A stretch of 62,403 nt of DNA, counting the filler, from Rhabdomonas costata (taxonomy: Eukaryota), in assembly GCA_019059605.1 (NCBI GenBank). It is 24 parts of 24 records of this genome, joined end to end, with 100 filler letters (N's around TTAATTAATTAA, not from the genome) between each part and the next. Parts side by side here need not be neighbours in the genome. Positions count along the whole stretch, not along the records: positions 52,092 to 54,593 come from JAHMHO010003113.1; positions 54,694 to 57,196 come from JAHMHO010003114.1; positions 57,297 to 59,799 come from JAHMHO010003115.1; positions 59,900 to 62,403 come from JAHMHO010003116.1; 20 more parts are not named here. One strand, 5' to 3'. Below are positions 52,606 to 62,403 of the stretch, piece after piece (the first letter of the stretch is position 1; every line of letters begins with the position of its first letter). The notes below the pieces were generated by a model that saw only the letters and a list, made by a program, of their open reading frames with translations, was not told the DNA's origin and did not search any database. The position numbers were made by a program, and so were the translations under genes.

Positions 52606-54365
52606 GCCAAGCAGGCGAAGCCCGCCTCTGGGGCACTATCAGCCCGAAGGCGCAGCAGCCTTGGCGGCGGTGTGGGCGGGGAGAACGCCACCCAGCCCCT
52701 GTGGGAGCTACTTGGCGGACTTCCTCTCTCCAACCGAATGAAGGTTGGTGGGGCACAATTTTTAAAGATGGGACCTCTCTCCAACCGAATGAAGGTTGGT
52801 GGGGCACAATTTTTAAAGATGGGACGGAAGCCAAAGAGGAAAAGAGTTTGTTCTGGTATCCCCACAAGCTGTGCCGGAAGCAAGCGCTCTGAGGCAAGCT
52901 GGTGTGAGGGGAGTGAGGATTTATGAAGAGACATAGGTGAAATTGATGGAGTGACACATCGAATATATATGACTATGAATGTATGAATGTTAACAACAGA
53001 AGGTTCCGGAGGGTTGATATTGCTCTGATCCCTTCCTTTCTCTGCAATGCTGCATCCGTGACGGTTGTTTGCTGTGACTGTCGTGGGGTTGTTTCGTCTT
53101 CTTCCTGGGGCTTTTTAGTAAAGGTATGCCGAATATATAAACGGCGCTCCTAAACATGCCCCGTACACTTTGGAAATATTGATCCTGCAGGGGGTTAGGG
53201 CAACATGTATCAGGAGGGGGGTCCCCCCGGTTCCCCCCGCTAGCAAACAGACAAATCTGCGCCGAAGTCAAACAAAAAATCCGATTCAACAAACCCCCAA
53301 AAAAATTTCTCTAACCAAATCCACTGAGGCCAAAGTCAGGCTGAAAAAATGGCTTATTTCGGCGAGGAAGCGGAATCTTGACGTTTTGTAGGGACGATGA
53401 ATGCGGGTGGGGGTGATGCTCAGCTTGCCATCATTCTTCGGCGACACCGAGAACTAATGCTGGAGTACATCCGCCCCACTGCGCCCCCAGATACTACCTG
53501 TACGTCCTCGGGAGGGAACGCGGCTCTCCCTTCTCGCCCTGCTCATCCCATTGCGCTGCCCTCGGAGGAGTTCTTCCTGGTCGCCCGCTCGGGTAAGAGC
53601 GAGTGGCTGGCCCAGCTGAAGCCCTACTTGACATCTGCGGATGCCCTCTGGGGGGCGCTTCACAGCCATCATGCCAGTGAGACTCCCGGGCCCTCGTTGA
53701 GCCATTTCGGCCCCCGATGCGCTGCGCGCAAACTTTTGAAGAGGCGGCCGTGGCTCACTCTGAGCCGGCCAGCCTTCCCTGGGAACTTACGCCGCAGCAG
53801 CTTCGAGGTGCCTTTTGCTTTTCAGAGGGAGGGTTGGCATTAGCCCCAGGTATTTTTGTCCTTCATGGCCACGGAGGCGAACCCTAACAGGCTATTGTCG
53901 AACTTAACCTCCTCTGAGCTTGTCAGGTTCACGAAAAAAATTCATTCTTGGGAGCGCATTGAAAATTGCTCAGGCTCGAACCAACCACTCAATGGTTTGT
54001 CAGTTTTGCGCTGAGCATGGCACATTGCACCAGATTGTTGCACAGTGAACATGTACACTCAGTCAAGGATTAATGGGCCTTTTCGGTTATCTGAAGAGTT
54101 CTTCTGATGACAGAAATACAAGCTGCGATGGATTTTTGGCTTTTTGATGGTGCAGTTCTTTTGCGAATATTTTTGTTTTTGGTCCTTTCTGCGGCTGTAG
54201 CCCCGCGCCCCACTTGCTGAGCTGCAGCCAGAGGTCGACTTTCCTGCCGAAGACTCCACCTTAACCCAACCGGACCGTGCCTTTCCAGCCAAGATTCCAG
54301 GTGGTGATGAGAACATCGACAAGTTGGAGGTGGAACCTGCTCTTCCCGACCTCGCGCTCAAGAGG
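52606..54365 (+). CDS. Hypothetical protein, partial, three putative exons
   Basis: AG/GT-bounded GC-rich segments 52606-52743, 53392-53807, 54201-54365. No family recognised. Confidence 0.45.
52723..52824 (+). repeat. Perfect 51-bp tandem duplication
   Basis: CCTCTCTCCAACCGAATGAAGGTTGGTGGGGCACAATTTTTAAAGATGGGA x2. Confidence 0.95.
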
Positions 54366-55076
54366 GTAACACGTGGCGCGCGCCGCCCGCAGCTCAGTCA
54401 GTACCCCCGCTGGCTTTCACTGGGCACTCTACGAGCTTGTGAAGCGCTTTTGAACCACCCTCCCCAGTGCCACTGCGGAACCTGCGCGGGCCAGAGCTGC
54501 CCTGAACCCCTTCGGGGGTGCCCCCCCACGCGGTCGGGCTCCCCCTTCCCGTTCAATTTAGGCCTCACTGCTCCTCTCCACTCCATTGCCCTANNNNNNN
54601 NNNNNNNNNNNNNNNNNNNNNNNNNNNNNNNNNNNNNTTAATTAATTAANNNNNNNNNNNNNNNNNNNNNNNNNNNNNNNNNNNNNNNNNNNNAACTCCC
54701 GTTTGCGCTGCTCGTCCTTCGTTGGCCGGCCAGCGGATGACGGCCACTGGCGCTTTTGTCCAGTGGCCGGAAGGCTTCGCTGACTGCTGCTGATGTGCGT
54801 ATGTTTCGTGGTCAGTGAAAATCGGCAAAAGAGGAACTCGTTGCATTCCTTAGTGTACGTGTGTACGGTATATGGGTGCGCGTGATCGAGTAGACAGCTC
54901 AGTGGGAAAGCTGGCACACAAGCGCAAGTCACCATAATGTCTTCACGGCATTGGTACTGAGGATGGAACGAGGTCTTGTGACCACAGGTGGAGGTGTTCC
55001 CAGACACACAATTATTGCAGAACCAAATACAATACACAAATACTCGTAAAATTCGATCCTTAACAGATGGAATCCA

Positions 55077-55182
55077 GGCACTTTATCCGACAAATGTGTC
55101 TGGAGACATACCCCCCCTATTCCTCGAGACATCACCCGCTCCCCTCTTTATGTCTCGAGACATATTTGGCGAATAAAGTGCC
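55077..55182. mobile_element. Small hairpin or MITE-like element (family D), 34-bp inverted arms
   Basis: 55077-55110 and 55149-55182 are inverted repeats with 4 mismatches. The right arm recurs at 33971. Confidence 0.65.
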
Positions 55183-55434
55183 CTTAGGCCCGACTTTGGA
55201 CGCCGAGTTTGGGCGGTTGGGTTTTTGCGTCCCATTTGACACGATTCCGCTGGCATACAATAATCTTCTCAAAGCATAGGATGGGTGGGACAACACGTTT
55301 GATGTCAACGCAAAACAGTCAAGCTGTCTTTATGAGACGAGTGCTAGCATTCCTGATTTGTCGTTTTTTGTTTGACAGTGAAGCTCTGGGGCTGCGTGCC
55401 CCTAGCGGTGTTCTATTCTGTCACCCTCTCGCAG

Positions 55435-56821
55435 CGGTTTCGCAAGGCGGGGGTGATCAAGATCGATCCCATCACGCGACGGCCGAAGGTGAAGGTCTAC
55501 TTCACCCCAGAGGGCCAGCCCAAAGGGGATGCCCTGGTCACCTACCTCAAGCCCGAGTCTGTCGAACTGGCGGTGAAGCTACTGGACGAAACAAGCCTAA
55601 GACTCGTTGCCCCGGGAGCGGTTATGCGGGTGCAACCGGCGAAGTTCGAGCAGAAGGGTGAGCAGTACGTCCCCAAGGACACCACAGAGATTCGAAAGTG
55701 TGCCCTCCACACACGCTTAAAATCTCTTGTTTGTTTATTTGCCGTTAGGTTGAATGTGTGGCAGTGGAATTGAAACCGCTTTCCGTGCATTTTTCAGGAC
55801 TTTTTTCAGAACATTTTTTCTTCGGTTGCTTCGTGAGGGTGGCCTTTTCCTCTCTCAGGGCAGCACGGCAGGCAGCTCGCAATCAGGACGTCCTTTTCGG
55901 ATGGCACGAGGTGGGCGACGAGAACCCGCGAGTTTTGGTGATGAAGAATATGTTCCACCCCGATGACTTCGCGGAGGAGGTAAACCTCAAAAAGGAGCTC
56001 ATCGAGGTGCCTACCATCGTCCACCACAGACCTCAGTGGAGGGAAAAGGCTGTGACTGTTGGACAGATCTATCCGCTCCCGACTCTCGCTTTGGGCTGAA
56101 AAAAGGCCGCCGTTCTTGTTTGTTTGTTTGTTGACGCTGCGTGATCCCCAAGGATTGCCGTGTACGCTTTTCTATTAGTAGTTTTCCATTCAACCCCTCC
56201 GTTTTCACAGGACATCCAGAGCGAGCTTGGGCGGTACGGCACCATTGAGAAGATTCGGGTCTTCCGCGATAACCCTGAGGGGGTGATCACTGTGCGCTTC
56301 GCAGACTCCCTGGTGGCTGAGCAGTGCGTGAAAAAGGTTCACGGAAGAATGTTCGCAGGTTACTGTGTTTTTTTTTTGCACTTGCAGACTTTTCTTTTCG
56401 TCGGTCCGGACACAAGGATTTGACTATTCTGTGATCATTGTAATGTTTGGCTTTTGATATATTTAGTTGTTGGGTGAAAGTAGCTGGCGGAGGATGCTGA
56501 ACGGAGTTGCGGATGTGCGTGTGCGTGCATTTTTAAACCTTGAGTCCTCCGGAAAAAATTCACCTTCCCATGTGCACAAAGTGTGTACAAGCGTTTGGCT
56601 GTTCCGATTATCTAAGCGCTCAACTCCGTACTTGCCAAAAGGGGGCTTTTCTCCATACTATGGCATTAACGATATTCGCAGCTATGTTGGTGCCCTGACT
56701 CAATTTAAATTGAGTTCAACTTGTGGGTGTGGGGTGTGCTCCTCCGCTGTGCAGGTCGCCGCATCGAGGCTCAGATGTGGGACTACAGAACCAATTATGC
56801 CAACCCTGCTGCAACGTACAG
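55435..56821 (+). CDS. HTATSF1: Splicing factor Tat-SF1/Cus2 (two RRM/UHM domains), partial
   Basis: Exons 55435-55697 (FRKAGVIKIDPITRRPKVKVY..KGDALVTYLKPESVELAVKLLD..VQPAKF), 55859-56006 (GW..VLVMKNMFHP), 56211-56358 (DI..E..YG..PEGVITVRF..HGRMFAG), 56755-~56821 (RRIEAQMWD..TNY). All GT-AG. Confidence 0.92.
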
Positions 56822-57517
56822 GTTACCTTTTCCTGTCCTTCCTCCTCACTGAATCGGTTCCTTTTGGTCGTATTTTTTCACGAAGAGAAGCAGCGCCTTT
56901 TTTTGCGTCCCATTCCAATATTACAAAAACGGAACAATATGCAAACTTCAGCACAATCGCAAATGGCGCTCCTGCCCGGCACACTTTGGATGAAGGTATA
57001 TACCTTACAAGGGGTTAGGGCGTCATGCACACACGAAGGGGGGGGCGGGGCTCTGGGGGGGCTCCACCCCCCCAGACTCCCCCGGTTAGGGAGCGATGCC
57101 TACCTCCACTTTACTCATACTGTTACAGTGTATCAAGGAGTGTGGGCTACCGTGATCCTTCGTACGGTGCCAGCACCAACTGGAGAAATCCCGAATNNNN
57201 NNNNNNNNNNNNNNNNNNNNNNNNNNNNNNNNNNNNNNNNTTAATTAATTAANNNNNNNNNNNNNNNNNNNNNNNNNNNNNNNNNNNNNNNNNNNNGGTG
57301 GTTTTTGTGTGTAGTAATCCTTGGCGCAGTGTACCTGTTGGATTTGGGAAAGTAGGTGTGTGTTGCTCCTTGACTGTTGGGTGCCCAAACATGTATTGTC
57401 GAAACTGAACTCTTCCCCACTTACGGCTGGACAGTCCGCCTCTCTTGCCTCACAGTCAGCCCACACACCCTTCCTCTGATGATGGCGGCGACTGTCACCC
57501 TCACCCTCAGCCCTCAC

Positions 57518-59661
57518 CTGTGAGGGCTGCGCCGTTCCCTGCTGGTGCTGCTGCTGCTCGCACTCCGCGAGGGCCTCTTCCAGCAACCTCTTCTCACGGT
57601 CCAGTGCTGCCCCAGCTCCGCGAGCGGAGAGCACTCTACTCGAGACACCCTGTGTGCACATGTAGTGGGAAGGGTGCACTCCGGTAAACTACCTGCCTGC
57701 CGTTTATGCAAAAGACCCCAGACCTGCTCCGGCTTTGCCCTCATACCAAAGCTTCAGCTTCAGCCCGCACATTACAGCCTGCCCATTTTTTTTGAGTTCC
57801 TGGCGAGCTGGCTGATGTCTCGGACTTCACGGGGTCTCTGCCTTCCGCGCTCCTGCGCTGCGTACGTGCTGGGTGAATGCGCTGGCAAATGCATTTGTTG
57901 ATGGTGAGCGGGAGGTGCGGGACATTGCACTGCCACATGAGGACACACATGAACCCCCTCTCCCACTCCCGTACAGGTCTAGAAAGGACGGGCCGAAAGA
58001 GTGCTGCTCATTTAAAAAACAAGTCAAGAAGAAACAAGATCCAGAGTGTACTTACCGCGGGCTTCGCGGGCGCAGGAAGGCCTCTCCCTGAGGCACGAAG
58101 TACACACACGCATAGATACACAAAAACATGACAAAATGACAAAAAAAAACAAAGTACGCGCAATGCCCCACGCTCAATGCCCCACACTCAGGCGTGCTCG
58201 CATCTTCATTACAATGTCCGAGCCCTGGCAAAACAAATGTCAAACAACCCGAGCTACAGCTGGAAAAAATACAACTCTCCCATTCCCCTTTCCTTTTTTC
58301 GGGGAGGGGGGAGGGGGTGACGACCTGCAGGAACGGACCTTGGAGCCACAACCGGAGGCCTCTGTGCTGCAGGAGCGGAGGGAGGCAGCACCGCGTCCGA
58401 ACGGGCAACAGACAACGATCTGGACCCCAAGAAGAAAAAAAGGCGCGAGAAAAATGGAATGTCGTGATCCTCTGGCTAACTGGTATCAAACAAAAAAAAC
58501 ACTCTTAGAAACCAGTTCGAGAAAGTCCTGAGAGAGGGAAGATCACACAAAAAGCCGCGATATTACATTGTTTATAAATTTTTTCCATTTTTTCCAGGAA
58601 CAATTCCTGAACACTTCTGTCCCACAACCTCTTTGGGCGAATCCAGCAGGAAATAACTCCGCACAGAAGCATGCACCAATCTTTTCGACGATTGACAAGA
58701 CAAGCACACATATGGATTTCAACAGGTGCATTTGAATGTGAGAGGAAAGCAATGGCGTACGTCGCCGCATCGACCGCGGGAATGGGCAGGGGCAGGGGTC
58801 TCTCTGCGGCGCCAACAGTGAGGCTTGCCCTCTCTTGGCGGTCCAGAGGCACCTGCCTCAGCGGCAGAGCTCGTGCACGCTCTCGCTCATCCTCGCCGGG
58901 CTGCGACTGGTTGGTGGAGAACCTTAGAGCGTGGCACGAACCACAGAAAGCGAGCGCAAAAGTAGGGACAGAGCACTTCGGCAACACAGCAACAGCAGTG
59001 CACGATTCCTCATATCCAAAACACTGACACCGGCATATGTGCTTGTGTGAAGAGGCAAGAAGTTTGGTGGACATTTCTGCGCGTGCAGAATTTCTTCCTG
59101 CTAGATTGGCCCAAAGTTGTTGAACAGAAGTGTTGGTTCCATTTCTTCAAAAAACAGGAGTGTTCAGGAATTATTCCAGAAAAAATGACTGCAATAAACA
59201 ACAGGATGCGGAGCAGGACGAGGGAAGAGGACTTCGCCCCAGCTCCGCCTGAAACCCATCAATTCAACTGCGTTCCACCGGACTGCTTGACGCAAGCTGT
59301 GTATGCAGCGCTTGGACCACGCAATGGCAACATATGCTCAGTGCACAATGGCACACCAGCACATCAGGACTTGTCGGAAGCAACCTGTTGGAATCCCATG
59401 GGACACACATGCTTTGCCCCTGAACCCTCTGCTTTTCCACTGAAACACCTGCGGGTCACGTTCGTCGCCCTCTAACCCGTATAGGATGGATGGAAAAAAA
59501 GAATACAATGCAATGGCGTACGTCGCCGCATCGACCGCGGGAATGGGCAGGGGCAGGGGCCCCTCCGCTGCGTCAACAGTGAGGCTTGCCCTCTCTTGGC
59601 GGTCCAGAGACACCTGCCTCAGCGGCAGAGCTCGTGCACGCTCTCGCTCGTCCTCGCCGGG
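57518..59661 (-). CDS. Hypothetical protein containing a duplicated 140-nt exon (partial)
   Basis: Near-identical exons 59661-59522 and 58900-58761 (CAG|PGEDERERARALPLRQV.LDRQERASLTV.AAE.PLPLPIPAVDAA|GTACGC). Additional coiled-coil exon ~57632-57518. Confidence 0.6.
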
Positions 59662-60903
59662 CTGCGAACGGTAGCTGGAAAACCTTAGAGTGCGGCAGGA
59701 AGCGAAGAAAGCTAGAAAGCAAGGTGCAATACGCTCAGCATTGCCATAGTCTCGGGGGAATAGTGAGAGAAGAGTCAGAAAACTACTCAGCACCCCAAAN
59801 NNNNNNNNNNNNNNNNNNNNNNNNNNNNNNNNNNNNNNNNNNNTTAATTAATTAANNNNNNNNNNNNNNNNNNNNNNNNNNNNNNNNNNNNNNNNNNNNG
59901 TGGGGGTGGGGGTGGTGCGGTGCATGAATACCGGGATCATGCTTTCGATACTGGTGGTCACTGAGATATGGACAACTACTTGGTCTCTGAGGGGTGGGCA
60001 CTCTCGGCTGGTTGTGGTGCCCTTGGCAGCTCTTTATGTGCCGTCCGCCCCACGCAGTTTTTTCGTTCCACACCGCGGAGGGCTTACTACAGCACCCACA
60101 ACGTATTTGTAACTGCAAATGCTTCGTGAAGAATAATTATGGACCATCTAAAGAAAATGGAAGTAGATGTCCCTTTTTGCTCGCTCAAATGATTTCTGCG
60201 AAATTTTACGAAGCAGGTTTTACTGAAAAAGATTAGATTGTGGATTACGGAAAAAAAGGAAAGGATAGGATAGAAAAAAGGAAAGGTAAGGATAGATTGT
60301 TGGCTCATATCGATCTCTGAGATGGATGGATTCTCCTATGGGGTGGGGCGTACGCAGCATGGGGCAGAGCTTCCAAGCCCAACTGGTGCCCTTGACGCGA
60401 GCGATTATCCTGGATCATCTTGTGCAGTATGTCCTCTGTTGTGAAACTCCCTCTCGCGCATCCTCTCTCTGGGGTGTTGGTGGGACAGTATACAAACCTT
60501 TCACAGCCCGACTGAGGTTCCTTCCCCTTCTCGTGTTGCTGCTGCTGAAGCTAGTGTTTACTCTTAGCACATGCATACGGGTGTAGGTGCGTTTCAGTAT
60601 ACTAACCCATTCGCATTCTTGAAAAGGTGCTGCATCTCTCTCTTGCTTTAAGAAATGGGATCCAGGCAAGTCCATATGAACGTGTGTTCCCATCGTTGCA
60701 CGCTGCGATGACAGAACAGTAAGGAAGAGCAAGCTACACTGCTTTGGCGCTTCGAGGGCACTGCATTACCCAAGAATTGTGCAGGGAAGGATAAACTTAG
60801 AAGGCTCTTCCAGAAAACACGACGTCTCGCCGTGGCGAGTCCACGTTTGTGGTTTTTGGTAGTGGTACTGCATGACATATTACCTATGGTATCTGTTACC
60901 AGG

Positions 60904-61711
60904 GCGGAAAGTGTGGTGCAGATCAACAAGTACAACTTCCGCTCGGGGGTGCTCTCGGCAACCCCGGGGAAGATGCTCCCGCTGTTCTTTGGGCAGCTCC
61001 GGAACTCTCAGGTGGATGGAAACACACAAACCGCCATATTTTCTCGTCTCCTGGGTCAAGCAGAATACTGCTGTCCCGGAGCTCATCGATGTGTCCCTTT
61101 GGATGTGGCAGCCTCTGCTGCCACGTAAACCTTCATCTCCGCTCCCCTCCTTTGGCTCCTACGGCAGCCCAAACCGAGCTTTCTCCACCCCTTGCCCAGC
61201 TTCTCAAGATCAACCAAGATCTTATCCCTATCATTCTCTGGTCATCAAGACGCAAGATGGATGATCGAGCAAAAACCATAAAAACAAAGGAGGGTGTAGA
61301 CGACTGCAAAAAGAAATATACTGTCTGCGCACTTATGCGCACGCGCACACACACACGTGAGCACACGGAATATCTGGGGTATCTTGGGTGGTTGGGTAAG
61401 ACTGCACGCCAGAATCTAGGCAGAAAGCAACAGCTACGCCACAGGATCACCGCACCCTAAAGGCTAAAAATTTGGCAAGAGTCGATTTGAAAACTGGCCA
61501 TTTCTGAATTACACCCAAAAGCGTTCGTTCTCGAGACTCCCTCCACTGATCTTTACCTAGAATGCGGGAATGCGGCCCGGTCAAAAGGCTCCTCCGGTCT
61601 GTGTTTCTTCAGTTCAGCAGCGACGTGCACTACACCTCCACCAAGGGTGGGATCTACGGGTACTTCAAAAAGCCCGACGAGCCCATCATCTCCACGTGGA
61701 ACTTCGACGAG
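60904..61711 (+). CDS. Hypothetical protein, two exons, partial
   Basis: GC3-rich AG/GT-bounded segments ~60904-61011 (AESVVQINKYNFRSGVLSATPGKMLPLFFGQLRNSQ) and 61613-61711 (FSSDVHYTSTKGGIYGYFKKPDEPIISTWNFDE). Confidence 0.55.
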
Positions 61712-62258
61712 GTTTCCACCGCATGTTCTGTTATGCGCCGTCGGGCAGCTTCAAGTCCTCAATGCGCAGCCTGGGCTGCATCAAAGCCCGTCGTCGGTTG
61801 GAGAGAAGGGCTTGTTTTTTATTTGGATTCCCGATGCCCTCCAATGTCAATGTCGTTTTGGTTTTGTGATCGTGAGCTGAAGCGTCACGCGTCACTATAT
61901 AGCGCCCACTTCGCTATGGACAGTCATCACCATTCGGTGCGTTTGGACCATCTCTTGGCCGTTACCGCGGGACTATTTCCGTGGAGCCCCTGGCGTGCTT
62001 GAATGGCTGGACCGTCTTATGCGATGCTTTTCTGCCTTATGATCATCAATCTTCCTCACTTGTGATTACATTGTGAGTCCAAGCCACGGCTCCGCAGCGA
62101 CAGTTATACAGTCGGGAACACCGGCACCTCCTCTCTCTCTCTCTCGCTCGCTCGCTCGTTGCTTTCTTGTAGCCCAACTTGACACCTTATCCCTTTGCAT
62201 CCTCTTACTCCTTTGCCTCCCAGTATCCCCATTCTGCTATGAACAGCCTTCTGGACCT

Positions 62259-62400
62259 TGTGGCTATCAGTCCGTGTGCTTTTCCGATTCGATCCATGCA
62301 TGTACATGGCTGTTTCAGTCAGTGGGTAGAAGCTCACTGGCTGAAACAGCCATGTACATGCATGGATCGAATCGGAAAAGCACACGGACTGATAACCACA
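62259..62400. repeat. Long near-perfect inverted repeat (69-bp arms, 4-nt loop) at the contig end
   Basis: 62259-62327 versus 62332-62400. Three G-T pairs near the loop and one mismatch near the terminus. Confidence 0.92.
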
Positions 62401-62403
62401 ACC

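Noticed and set aside
52723-52824. CRISPR repeat
   Set aside because: Two adjacent units with no spacer, in a eukaryotic context with no cas genes.

Overview
This window is not a continuous locus. It is 24 unrelated contigs of about 2.5 kb, joined by artificial 100-nt spacers (N44-TTAATTAATTAA-N44). Most contigs start with G/T-only sequence and end with C/A-only sequence, which suggests whole-genome amplification with K-degenerate primers (inference). The source is an intron-rich eukaryote, most likely a euglenozoan and probably a euglenid (inferred from relaxed GTNYG-type splice donors and the gene families present). Recognisable partial, spliced genes: three class III adenylate cyclases, an M16A/insulinase-like peptidase, an IPT/EGF surface protein, UBAC2/Dsc2-like, USP7-like, a tandem GDSL lipase, SMYD-like, IAH1-like, an FCP1/SCP-type phosphatase, HTATSF1, an LRR protein and several coiled-coil or hypothetical proteins. 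There are also at least four small interspersed repeat or MITE-like families, two decayed transposase-like remnants and an AT-rich LRR pseudogene. No rRNA, tRNA or CRISPR array was recognised. The best leads are: a candidate non-GT-AG, hairpin-defined (euglenid nonconventional-type) intron in the M16 gene; a duplicated 140-nt exon that may be mutually exclusive; a duplicated splice donor; a -1 frame discontinuity at a U7 run in the tandem GDSL gene; and a MITE family possibly linked to a Tc1/IS630-like remnant. All homology calls come from motif recognition by eye; no searches were run.
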